From assembly GCF_009914755.1 (NCBI RefSeq), contig NC_060934.1: 64,000 bases of DNA; one strand, given 5' to 3'. The notes under the pieces were generated by a model, which was given only the letters and a program-made list of their open reading frames with translations, ran no database searches and was not told the DNA's origin. The translations under genes were made by a program, and so were the position numbers. Origin of the DNA: the human T2T-CHM13v2.0 reference genome, Homo sapiens. Below, piece after piece: positions 13,850-26,430 of the stretch (positions are counted from its first letter, which is position 1; the number at the start of each line of letters is the position of its first letter).

Positions 13850-14075
13850 GTTGGATCCCCTTCAAGTCAAACCTGAGATCTTGAGCTGGACACACACTGG
13901 AGGTAAATGGGGTGTGCAGGAAACACTGATGCCCCGGCCCCACCCTGAGACTCCGCTTTCATTTGTCTGATGATTGCAATATTCAGTGAAAACACTGATG
14001 CCCCTGCCCGTGCCCTGAGACTCTACTTCCATTTGTCTGATGATTGTAATATCCAGTGAGGGTGAGAACCAGGGA
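13850..14075. mobile_element. MER5-like hAT fragment containing a 69/70-bp tandem duplication
   Basis: ccccaccctgagactc...gagggtgagaacc is MER5-like; duplicated units at 13921-13989 and 13990-14059. Confidence 0.55.
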
Positions 14076-15084
14076 CACGGCTCTTGGGTTGGTCTGCAGC
14101 CCCACCCTGACTTGGGGTGTGAAGGTTTGAGCAGCTCTGGCCAGAGCCGGTGCAGTCCTCACACACCAGCCACACTTTCCCAAGCCATCACTCGGAGGTG
14201 ATAACTCATCGTCAAAGTTTCCCACTAATTCAGACCCTGCCTTAAAATCCTCATCCACACAGACCCAGTACTTACAAACCTATGGGATCAGCGAGACCAG
14301 TCTGTGATCTTACTGCTGTGTTAACTCCTAATCCTCCATTCCATCCCCTTTCCATGCCGAGTCACCCTCGTCACACAGCGTGGATACAGGAATGCTCTTT
14401 CTTGGGGAAACTGACAAGACAGGATCATCAAGGAGAGGTGGAGGTGCTCCGATTCTCTGGTGCTCCCTCAGATAAGCATGTCCGTTTGGTGTCGTCCACA
14501 CAGGCAGCTGCAAGGCAGGGCAGGAAGAGTTGCAGAGACATTCCCAACCCAGCTCGAGGTGAGATTTGCAGCCAAGAAGGCCCAGGTTCAAGAGGCGAAA
14601 CAGCGTCACTGAGCCAGGAACCAAAACAAAACAAAGCAGTGATTCTTTCCAAATTTGCCAGCAGGATAAGTTCAAATAGAGAGAATTTTCTTACTCCTAG
14701 GGGAGATGTTTAAGGGAATTCCTCCCCATGGAAACCATGAAAGAAAGAAAACATCTTTCTCTAACAATAAATTTCTCAATTATCTTATGTAGATGTATGT
14801 AACTTGGCAATTGAGGGAATGTTAGTGATTCAACCAAATGATGCCAAAATCCCAGAAGAGTTGTCAGAGAACAGTGTCCAAGTGGACTTGAATAAGCCAC
14901 GCCCTCAGGACAATGGGTGGAAATGCCCCAAATGCCACCAAGAGGCTTTCGTTGAGAATCCAATGAGGTTTGACTCACCTAGTAGTTACACTTCTAGGAA
15001 ATGTTCCTAAGAAAAACATTCAAAAGTGTGCAAAGCAGCTTACACAAAGAAAAGTTCGTCAAAAAGCTGTTTATTCATGCAGTC

Positions 15085-15323
15085 AGATAGAAGGAGTAAG
15101 TTCTAGTGTTTGAGAGCACTGTAAGGTGACAATAGCTAATAATAACTTATTGCATATTTCAAAATAGCTAGAAGACTTGAAATGTTCACAACACAAAGAA
15201 AAGATAAATATTTGAGGTGACGGATGTCTAGACACCCTGATTTAATAATTACACATTGAGTACATTCATCAAAATGTCACATGCACCCCATAAATATGTA
15301 CAATTATTAAGTAGATCAAAAAA
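15085..15323 (+). mobile_element. L1MA 3' end
   Basis: gagtaagttctagtg...tatttcaaaatagctagaaga...catgcaccccataaatatgtacaatt. Confidence 0.85.
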
Positions 15324-17477
15324 TACTTTTTATTATATTAAAACAGGAGAATGAAATGGGGAACTGAGTAAGTCAAATAGTGAAATAGGGAATTGTACCT
15401 TAGAATAGGATGCTGTTTTCAAATGGGTTAATACATGTGTGCATTTATGTATCAAAACCACGTAGGTCACAAAGCCAGTTTTGTTAAAAACCAATTATTT
15501 CTGGTATGTGGCAGATTGAGCGCTCACTCAATAGCCACGTACCCACCAGCAGGCCCTAGTCCTTTTGCACAAAGACAGAGCTGGGATAGTGCCAGCCAGC
15601 AAGCTGGGAACTGAAGGAACACAGCGAGAATCTCATTGCTTCTTCCATTCCACTGCTGCTGTCAGAGGCTGCAGGTGGAGGTGGCAGAAGGTCAGGAAGG
15701 AAGCAGCCTGGGTCCCCAGGTTGCCTCCGGCAGAGCAGCACTGTCGGGAATCACAGGACACTCTGGGAGGGAGAAGCACTGACCCAGCACAGTGTGAAGT
15801 CACTGAGATTTCAAGGAGAATTTATCCCCATCACACAATCCAGTCCCTCTTTATATGGAGAGTATATAAATATATGTATAAAAATTTATTGCTGATAGTT
15901 ATCTCTGAGGGGTAGAATTACAGATTTTTTTAGGTTCTTCTCTACTTTTATGCATTTTACATTTAAAAACTAATGCACATGACATCGTATGGATATAAAT
16001 GCAGTATGTATATTTTTAAATGCATTTGATTGTTGAATTCAAGGTAAAAAGGCCCTCGGGAATGGCCATGTGAGAGGATCTCAATAAACATGTGAAAAAC
16101 ACCAAAGAATTGATAAATTATTCAGTTTACACACAGGAGAAATGTAGACACAGTTAAAAGACAAGTATTTTCTAACGGCATGCTGTTTCTCTTCAAAAGG
16201 AGTTTTCTAGGAATCACAAAAACGTTGCCAACTTTTCTCATCCATTCCAGCTGTAACTGATTTGAGACGCTCAGATTTTGATTGGTGGTTCAAAGATTCA
16301 TAGCATCAATTTGTAATTTTATTGCCACACAAAGGCAATAAAATTCTTGGAAATTTTTAAAACATTCAGCATTTTAACTGTGAACAGATATAAACACAAG
16401 TAATATTTTCAAATTGTATTACATATCATTGACGTGAGGTCACTCTGCTAACGGATATGATATGAAATACGTATGCAACATTATACTTTAATCTAGACAT
16501 ACCTAGCTAGCTTCTGTAATGAACTGTACACACCCCCTCCAACTTGAGATCTTACTTATGGTGAAAATCATAAAACTCTTTTCCCTCAGTGTCAGTAATT
16601 AACCATGTAGAAGTTCTTTATGAATATCTGCTGCAGAGAAGAAACATTAGGCGATTGCGAGTCTGCCTTTTACAAACTGCTAGTACTGTGTATGACAATA
16701 ATGTTGATCACCTGATCAAAGGTAAAAAATGTGTATCTAAGATCGTAATGAGTGAATACATACAAAATTTAGGACGGACAGTTATGTAGGAAGGATACAC
16801 AGTTTTTACATCAGGAACCAATGATTTCAATTTGGAATTAAGGGTAGTCTTCACTTAGCCACATGAAAACATAGACTTGGTTTCTTTTCCCCCTTGGGGG
16901 ATAGAATCAATGGTAGCATTCATTAGAAAAAGAGCAATTTAGAGTTAAAGATCGAGTTTGGAATAACTTCTGCACTATTTACTGTTGGTGTGAAACTCAA
17001 CCAGAGGTTGCACATTCCTTTGAGATGAGGTTAGAGAAGATGCCGTTCTGGTGTAATCCACTGGAGAGTGGCAGGCACTGGGGAACCACGTGTGGAAGAC
17101 ACGGGAATTCAAATTTAAAGTATGAAAATACAGCTCAGACTTAAAGACTGCAAATCCAAGACTACAAAGTGATGTTTAGGTTTTAACTTAAACTCACAGT
17201 AGACTTACCCAGAGCCACCTTACTCTGCTTTAAGAGAGGAAGAGAAACAAGTTGTTGGTTAAACAAAATATCATAGTAACTTCATATGAAAAAAATGTGA
17301 TAGTGCCATATGCACTCATAGAAATGATTTACAAGATATATTGCGAATCAGGAAACATACATATCCACGTAGATTTAGCCCATACACATTTGTCTGAATG
17401 TAGTCTATGGTAAATCCTTATAATGCTGGTCACCCATAAGTAGGAATTGGAAGAACAGTTAAAAAGTGAAAAAGTTA

Positions 17478-18255
17478 TCTTTTCTGCTCCTCTCCCTTCT
17501 TCACCCTCAAGTAGAACCCAATGTCTGCTGTTTCCTTTTTGTGTTCATGAGTTCTCATGATTTAGCTCCCACTTATAAGTGAAAGCATGTGGTAATTGGT
17601 TTTCTGTTTCTGAATTAGTCTGCTAAGGATGATGGCCTCTAGCTCCATCCGTGTTCCCACAAAAGACAGGATCTCATTCTTTTTATGGCTGCATAGTATT
17701 CCATGGTGTGTATGTACCACATTTTTTTTATCCAATCTGTCATTAATGGGCATTTAGGTTGATTTCATGTCTTTGCTCTTGTGAATGGTACTACAATGAA
17801 CATTCATGTGCATGTGTATTTATAATAGAATGATTTATATTTCTCTGGATATATAGCCAGTAATTGGATTGCTGGGTCCAATGGTAGTTCACCTTTTAGC
17901 TCTTTGAGGAATCACCATACTGTTTTCCACAATGATTCAATTAATTTACACCCCCACCAATAATGTATAAATGTTCCCTTTTCTCTGTAACCTTGCCACT
18001 ATCTGTTATTTTATGACCTTTTATTAATAGCCAGTCTGACTAGTGTGAGATGGTATCTCATTGTGGTTTTGATTTGCATTTCTCCAATGATCAGTGATAT
18101 TGAGCTTTTTTACTTAATATGTTTGTTGGCTGCATGTATGTCTTGTTTTGAAAAATGTTTTTTCATGTCCTTTGCCCACTTTTTTAATGGGGTTGCTTGT
18201 TTTTCTCTTTTAAATTTGTTTAAGTCCCTTATAAATGCTGGATATTATGACTTTT
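17478..18255 (-). mobile_element. L1P (older L1PA/L1PB) 3' fragment
   Basis: tttagctcccacttataagtga, ctttttatggctgcatagtattccatgg and gagatggtatctcattgtggttttgatttgc. Confidence 0.92.
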
Positions 18256-19150
18256 TTCAGTATATTAATTAACTTAAAAAATAAAAGGAAAGCCTACAGG
18301 AAAAAAACAGCCACTCATCTGTCTTCAGTCTGAGTCAATCACATCCATGAGTTTAATTCAGACCATGAGCCACCAATTCACATACCTGAATTCTTTTCTA
18401 AATCTCAATATATTTGTTTTTTACATGGGCAGCCATTCCTTGCTTACCTGATAGTATTATTTCTTAATCAAATATAAATAATGTGCAATAGATAGAAAAC
18501 ACTTTTAAAGTGTAAATAATTATGTATTTGCAAAAGATAAGGGTGTGTCATCTGCAACAGCAACAATGTTACCCTGACCTAGCTCCCTGATCTAACTCTG
18601 GAAAACAGACAATACATGTGACACTTTCTACTTCGAGACTTTAGCATTAGTGAATGCGGGACATAAATATGGCACAGAAATAGAAAACCCGAGAAGCTAC
18701 AAAGCCTACAGTGTCTTTAACTTGGGGGGTCCTCGCGTGTTGTCTTCAGTTTCTGGATTTCTTGCTGAGAAGTTAGTAGGAATCCCTGCTGAGCTCTTTC
18801 TCTTTGATTTTTATTACTGAGATTGAAGCTTTTATTCACACAGGCAGATATGATAAAAAAAATTACTGAAGAAGTGAGCAGTGAATGAGCAGATTGACGG
18901 GTCCTCCCCATCCTTCTGTTCCCTGTGGTCAGTTGGTCTCAGAAGCCCCTCTCTCTATGAGGACAACCACCCAAGCAAGCTGCCCACAGGAGGCAAAACC
19001 CTTGTGGATGATAGGGATCAATACTGTCTCACCAGCTGTCACTCAGTCACAGGACTCTGTCAAGATCCTCCAGCTGGATGCTCGTTCCAAAAGCTCCGTG
19101 TCTCACCCAGAGTCTTCCGCTTTGGCATCATGGAATGAGTGAAGAAATAG

Positions 19151-19824
<674 letters not shown>

Positions 19825-20372
19825 GCATCTCCTACTAAGTTCTGTAGATCACAATGAGCTCTTAGTCAAAGAAAGTTTGGAAGAGGACAATACAAGAAGT
19901 AATAATACTACAAAGATTTACACATTTTTCTCAGTTCCACGTCCCACATTTCTTAATGCCAAGACCCCACAGCAGACACAACTCTGTGTGTCTAGATGCA
20001 ACATGGGAAATAGAAATCATATGAAGTTATGGAAAAAATCCCAATCAGGAATTTCGGTCAGAGGTCTGATCACGTTTCTGTCACTGAATTCCGAAGGGGG
20101 TGGTTAATTTCCTCTTCTGTAAACTAAGAGGTTTAGAATAACAGGATCTCTTTTCTTCCTTCTCACTTCTGTTATCCTCTGTCAGACTCTGTTTTAATTT
20201 CTAATATTCTAAATTCACTTCCACCTTTCTATACCCCAATACGTTCTATTGTAATATCTTGATACTAATTCATATTTCAAAATATCCCATATATCGGATC
20301 ATTCCTTTAGAAATAATATTAAAAATCTGTGACACCACCACGATCTCTGATGATACCAACAGATGTTTTGAA

Positions 20373-20527
20373 CAGGGTTGGCAAATGAATTCCTGTGGCC
20401 CAAATCCAGCTCTCTGGCTGCTTTGACACCACAAGGACAGCTGACTAGTGTTGATGAAGATCTTAAGGCCAACAAAGGCTGAAATATTTAGGATCTGGCC
20501 CTTTCCAAAAATGTGTGCCAACCCCTG
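20373..20527 (+). mobile_element. MER58A-like hAT-Charlie element, internally deleted
   Basis: Terminal inverted repeats cagggttggca...tgccaacccctg; internal gctgaaatatttaggatctggccctttc. Confidence 0.8.
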
Positions 20528-20689
20528 TTTTAAATGATCAGGGCATCAGTGTTACTTTGTCTTCTCTAGGGCTGATGCTATGAGTTTAAATTGATCTCAC
20601 CTGTTTGAGAATTGGCAAACCTCATTCTGAATGCGGAGGTCTGGAGTTCAGTGATTACCCAAAAGAGACCAACACAGCTGAAAAGCTTG

Positions 20690-20892
20690 TGCTCAAAGGT
20701 CCAGCTTAGAGTTTCCTATTCCTAGCTGCATGGGTAAATAGCTTTATTCTCCTGTGTCTCGATTCTCTGACCTGGAAAATGGGTGTCATAGCCACACCAC
20801 CTTGTAGGATTCTTTTGAGAATCATATAGAATAATGTATACACATCTATAGCACAGTGTGAGGCACACAGTAGAGGTTTAAAGTTGTTAGTT
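20690..20892 (+). mobile_element. MIR
   Basis: ctggaaaatggg...gtaggattcttttgagaat...gcacagtgtgaggcacacagtag; a (CA)n run follows at 20904-20928. Confidence 0.7.
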
Positions 20893-20903
20893 TATTTCTC
20901 ATT

Positions 20904-20935
<32 letters not shown>

Positions 20936-22379
20936 TGCCACCTATTTAAACAGAAAGTGAATAATCTCCCAATCACATAGGATTATGACATTAAGAAAGC
21001 AAATGTACACTCTTTTTTTGAGAGTCTCAGGAACAAGTCTGTCCTGGCTTTGTTATCAGTATATCACCCCTGAGTCAGATGAGTTTCGGTACAAGAGAAA
21101 TCAAGAAGTAAAACTAAAGAAAAAAATTAGACAGAAATTAATGCAAAAATATGTGTAAAGACAAGACAGAAAATATTGTTGTCTAGTACTATTTTACATT
21201 AGGCTAGAAAATAAGTTAAGAATTTAAAGAAGCAAATTGTACAGAAAGTCTCATTATTTTATAGTGACATGGCATTCTCTACCTAATGAGCAATTGCATT
21301 TGATTCTTCACAGCAAAAGGTACAGTAATTGAAATGGAAAGACTTCAAATATAAGATAAATTCTGCATGTTGATTCTTGTAAAAGTAGTAATATTTTTCT
21401 TGTTGTATACACTGAAGATATACATTCTAAGACAATAAAAGAGGAAAAAACCTAAAGAACTTTTAAAAAACACTTTTAGGAATGCTGAAGACGTGCCTTG
21501 CTTTTGGCTTCATTTATTTTTATTCTTTAAAACAAGGTTTTTTTTTTATTTTCAAATATGACATAGTCATTGTTCAGCCACACCCAAGCACAGTACCATT
21601 TGTTGTCAACCATATCATCAATTTCATTTTAATCTTCCCTGAGTACTGAAGTAAAACATGCTGAGCCGTAGCTTTCCTTTGCTGTGGCAGGAGAAAATTT
21701 ACTAAGCACTGTTGCCCTTTTTCCTGTCAGTTTTCAGACCCACCTTCCCTCGAGAGCAAACCCCTCTGCAGTCAGGAGGCAGCTCTGTGTCTGGGAAGCA
21801 GGGTATGTCACAGTGTGTGCACCATTGATTAACCACGAAAACAGTAATGGAACTGCCATTGATCCCTGAAATGGCTCCTCCGAAATCCGTTAGGACATCC
21901 AGAGGGTCACTACTCATGTTCCGTGGCAAGGATAAGCTTCAAGCTCTCTGACTGCTTGCTAACTGCCGTCTGCAATAAACTGCTTACCTTTGCATTACCA
22001 CCTGAACAATTGCCTGCCAGAGTGGAGTGTATGGAAAATAGATAAAGAAGCTTCCAGACTTTACAACTGCAGGAAGAATCATTTGCACGACTGGGTTTGA
22101 GAATTTTCAGTCTGGAAAATAACTGTCCTGTACGTCAGAAAGTATAAAGTGACTCCATTTCAAAGTTCCAGAGTCGAACAATAAAATATCTGGCTATTCT
22201 TATATGACATTTAATTTTTCAAAGTACTTTCATATTTTCATTACTTGCTTATTTCTCAGGAGTGCATATAAGGGTTACTCCTAAAAATGAAGAAAATCAT
22301 GATGAAACCATGACTAAAAAATATTAAATGACTATGTAAGTGTTACTAAAGGCAAGACTCTGAGTCAGCTCCCAAGCCT

Positions 22380-22872
22380 CCCACCCACTCATCTGTTTAT
22401 CCACCTGCCCACCCACATACCCACTCATGCACCCATCAATCCACTCATCCATCCATCCGTCCATCCATCCATCCATCCATCCATTCATCCATCCATCCAT
22501 CCACCCACCCATCCATTCATCCATCTATCCATCCATCCACTCACCCATTCATCATCCATCTTCTCATCCAACCACCCATCCACTCATCCATCCATCCATC
22601 CATCCATCCACTCATCCATCTATCCATCCATGTTTCCATCCATCCAGCCACTCATCCATCCATCCATCCTTTCATCCATCCATCCATCCCTCCATCCATC
22701 CACTCATCCAACCTTCCATCCATCCATCCATTCACCCACCTGTCCATCTATCCACCCATCCTTCCACCTGTTGCTCCATCCATCCATCCATTCGCCCATC
22801 TGTCCATGTATCCACCCATCCTTCCACCTGTCCCTCCATCCATTCATCCACCTATGTATCCATCCAACCATC
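22380..22872. repeat. (CCAT)n/(TGGA)n tetranucleotide array
   Basis: About 490 bp of degenerate CCAT repeats. Confidence 0.95.
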
Positions 22873-23437
22873 CCAGCAAGGTTCTTGCCACTGAGTCACT
22901 GAAAGATACAGTGATGTGTATAGTTTTTATTGTCCTATTATTTCAATCAAATTCAGGGAGTCTAACAAGAGAAAAACTTATGCATGATCTATGAAAATTC
23001 AGAAAAATGCTCATCTATACAAAAATGTGTATGTATCTCCATTTCTGTCCATCACCAGATGAGATTATTTTGTGTGAGGCTTGAGAGAAATGGTGTTTAT
23101 TCCTATTGAGTATGATGCATGTTTGGAGTAACATAAATTTAAGTGAGAAGTGTTATTTTTCCCAGTAAAATGTGGAGAAGAAGACATGCTAGGTATTGGT
23201 GGATGGTCCTACTCAATGCACACTTGTAAATCACACTGCCCATGGATGAACTTCACTCACCAGTCCTACTTTTTTCAAACCACAAAGCATTTGTATGCAA
23301 TTGTTACTGACTGCCAATTTTCAGTTGCATGGGAAGTTCAGACAAATTTGCCAACTGAAACTCACCCCCAAAGTAGCTGACCTTATGTATTTATCTATCT
23401 GGCAAATATTTAGTGAAAACACTATTAACAGTAAACA

Positions 23438-23655
23438 GAATAGCTGATGTTTATTGAGCACTTGCAGTTTGCCTGGCACTATACCCGGTGATTCATACAC
23501 ACTATTTCATCGAATTCTTATGATAACCCTGTGAGATAAGTAATTTTATTATCATCCTATTTTTCAGATGAGAAAACTGAAGCTTTGAGAATAAGTACCT
23601 GGACTAAGGTCATGCAATGAGGAAGGGCCAGGCCAGATTGAAAGCTAAAGACGTG
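23438..23655 (-). mobile_element. MIR (MIRb-like)
   Basis: tttattgagcactt...aaccctgtgagataag...ttttcagatgagaaaactgaagct...aaggtcatgc. Confidence 0.85.
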
Positions 23656-24017
23656 GGTGTCCATACCCCATGCCCTTCACCTGTGTGGTGACTGCCTTAA
23701 TGATCAACTTTGTACTGGGCCCAACGCCGAGGCAAGTGAGCCAAAGGTCAGCAAGTCTAGCTCCCTGGAGGTGACACAGTGATGTATATAATTGTAAGTA
23801 TATAATTTGTACATAATGCATATAATTTGTATATTGTAAATATATATATATACACACACACAAATGATGATGTATATAATTTGTATTGTTCTACTATATC
23901 ATTGGTATTGATGCATATAATTGGTATTGTTCTATTGTTTCAATCAAACTCAGGGAGTCTAACAAGAGAAAAACTTATGCATGGTTTGTGAAAATTCAGA
24001 AAAATTGCCTCATCTAT

Positions 24018-24053
<36 letters not shown>

Positions 24054-26117
24054 AACAATGTGTGGCCTGCAGATCCTCCAGGAAAGGAAGCTGGGCTGAG
24101 CCTGGGGTCAGAGTGTAGGCCATAGCCACAGGGGCATGGAAAACCAGAGAGCCCATGGGAGCTGCGCTGCAAGGCCCATTTCCGTATGTTCCTCCTAGGG
24201 GGTGCTTGGAACCTGGTGCAGTCCATCCGAGCTGCTGGACAGGCTGCGTCTACCATAGAGGCGGCTTCGGGGCACCAACTTCCACGTCCCAAAGGTCCTG
24301 ACTTTCTGAACTGAGAGAATTCTGCTCGGAGCTGTGTTCCTAACTGTCAGGAGTTCAGGGTGAGTTGGTGTGACTTGGATAGAGCCGCTGCTTAAAAACT
24401 GATTCTGTTCAGGCTTCTCTAAAAGGTGGGGCAGGCCCTGGGTCTCCACCTCAACTTCCCTGCCATGCTCTGGGACCCGTGGCAGCCTGTCTCCCCCTCT
24501 GCGCCTGACACCCCAGAGACCCTGCTGTGGTCCAGTCCGTCCTCTCTCTACCCATGACAGAGGCTGAACAGTGGGCTACGTGTGACGGGATTCTGCTGTT
24601 TGCCAAAGAAAAGGAACTGCAAACGGGACTTGGGGGCGCATGTTTACCTAAGTCATACTTCTACAGATGCTCAGTAACACTTAAATAAAGCAATTAGATT
24701 ATGCTACCTTCCAATAAAATTACTAAAATAACCTTTATTCAGAAAAAAAGTAAGTCATGTGTTCAAGTAATAGATGTTGAATAAATGAACATTTTAATAA
24801 ATATGAATCCACTGGATTGGAGGAATATCGCATGGTCAACGAAACAATCCCATTTACAACTAAGAAGCAGTAGTCATGAAATTTTGTGTTTTATAAGAAA
24901 GATTATTTATTTAAAGAATTAAACTATAGGAAGACTAAAATTCTGTGAATTCTGTCCCCCACGTAAAAGGACAGTGACTCACTAGGGGCAGACTTAGCTG
25001 CACTGTCTCTCCATAGATCAGGTACTACAATAGACCTGCATAGACAATGCACATATTTATACCCCACTTTTATTTTATAAGGAGACAATTTTACCTGAAT
25101 TAAAACTATGTTTGAAGGTTGACAATGCAATATTAAACCCAATATTAACTATTAGATGGCACTTCATATTTTCTTTCTAAAGTGTCTATACGTCGTCCAT
25201 CCAGGGTAGACTTGGTAAGGAACATGGAGTCATTCATCCAGTCCTTAAGTGATGACCGCCCGGTTCACCGTAGACCAGCCAAAGTACAGCCAGGTGGCAT
25301 TTTCTTTATTTCTGAAAATGTAATGCGTTGGATCATCTAATTTAAGTCTGTAATAAGTACAAAAATTATTTGTGTAAAAGTGATGATACTTGAACATATG
25401 CAGCACATGTTTGCAAGGAAACGACTAAAATTTGAGTTTGCCATTTTCTACCAGTAGTGAATCTTTCATCATTTCAATTAACATATTTCTTCAATATCAG
25501 CATCAGTGAGACAGGTTTGTGTATATATACCAGTATGGGAGTATATTATGTCCACACACAGATACATGCCCACATGCACACACACGCACACTACTCAGGG
25601 AATACACACACATCTCTTTGTATGGGATTTGTATGACGTATTTCCCAAGCTGAGTCTTCCCTTGGATCCTAAGCTAAGCCAAGACTATATGCTCTGGTCT
25701 GAGTTGTGCAGGACCCTTGGTTTTATGTAATCCTTCGCTTTCCTCAAGACTAAGGATTTGAGAGCCTGTGCCCTTGCAGCTTTCCCAGGGGAGCTGAGAT
25801 GTGAATGTTAACACCTCTCAAGAGACCTCCTAGTCTATCCAGGCCTCTCTCATGATTCAGGCAGGAAACAAGCCTCTGATTATTGTGTGTTCCTTGAATG
25901 CTGCAGGAACCCCACGTTCTGAGGAGGTGGCTGCCATTTGGGACCAGCAGGGCTGGGTTCCCCAGGCGCTCACAGGGTCCCTGGTGCAGGGCCAGGACTC
26001 AGCACCACAGGCCATCACGGCAAACCACAGGAAAGAGGCAGAAAATAACAGAGACATCCTAGCCCGAGATTCACATGTAAAGGAGGGGAGAAATCACTGA
26101 AGAAAATGTCAAAAAGA

Positions 26118-26430
26118 GCTGAGGTGGGCAGATCACTTGAGGTCAGGAGTTCGAGACCAGCTTGGCCAACATAGTGAAGCCTCATCTCTACTAAAAATAC
26201 AAAAATTAGTCAAGCATGGTGGCATGTGCCTGTAATCCCAACTACTCAGGAGGCCAAGGCGAGAGAATCACCTGAACCCTGGAGGTGGAGGTTGCAGTGA
26301 GCCAAGATCACACCACTGCACTTCAGCCTGGGAGACAGAGTGAAACTCCGTCTCAAAAAAATAAATAAATAAAATAAAATAGAATAAAAATAATAAAAAA
26401 CTGCCAATAACAACAACAACAACAATAACC
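26118..26430 (+). mobile_element. 5'-truncated AluS with (AAAT)/(AAC) tail
   Basis: Begins gctgaggtgggcagatcacttgaggtcaggagttcgag. Confidence 0.93.

Noticed and set aside
13101-14713. Cluster of 115-179 aa ORFs in a GC-rich block
   Set aside because: They overlap on both strands, show no recognisable domain, partly run through a MER5-like fragment, and are expected from the GC content.
22427-22902. 155-aa (HPSI)n ORF
   Set aside because: Translation of the (CCAT)n array.
24020-24052. A33 as the poly-A tail of a processed pseudogene
   Set aside because: Similarity to the upstream copy continues past the A run (atgtgt), and I see no AATAAA just upstream and no clear TSD.
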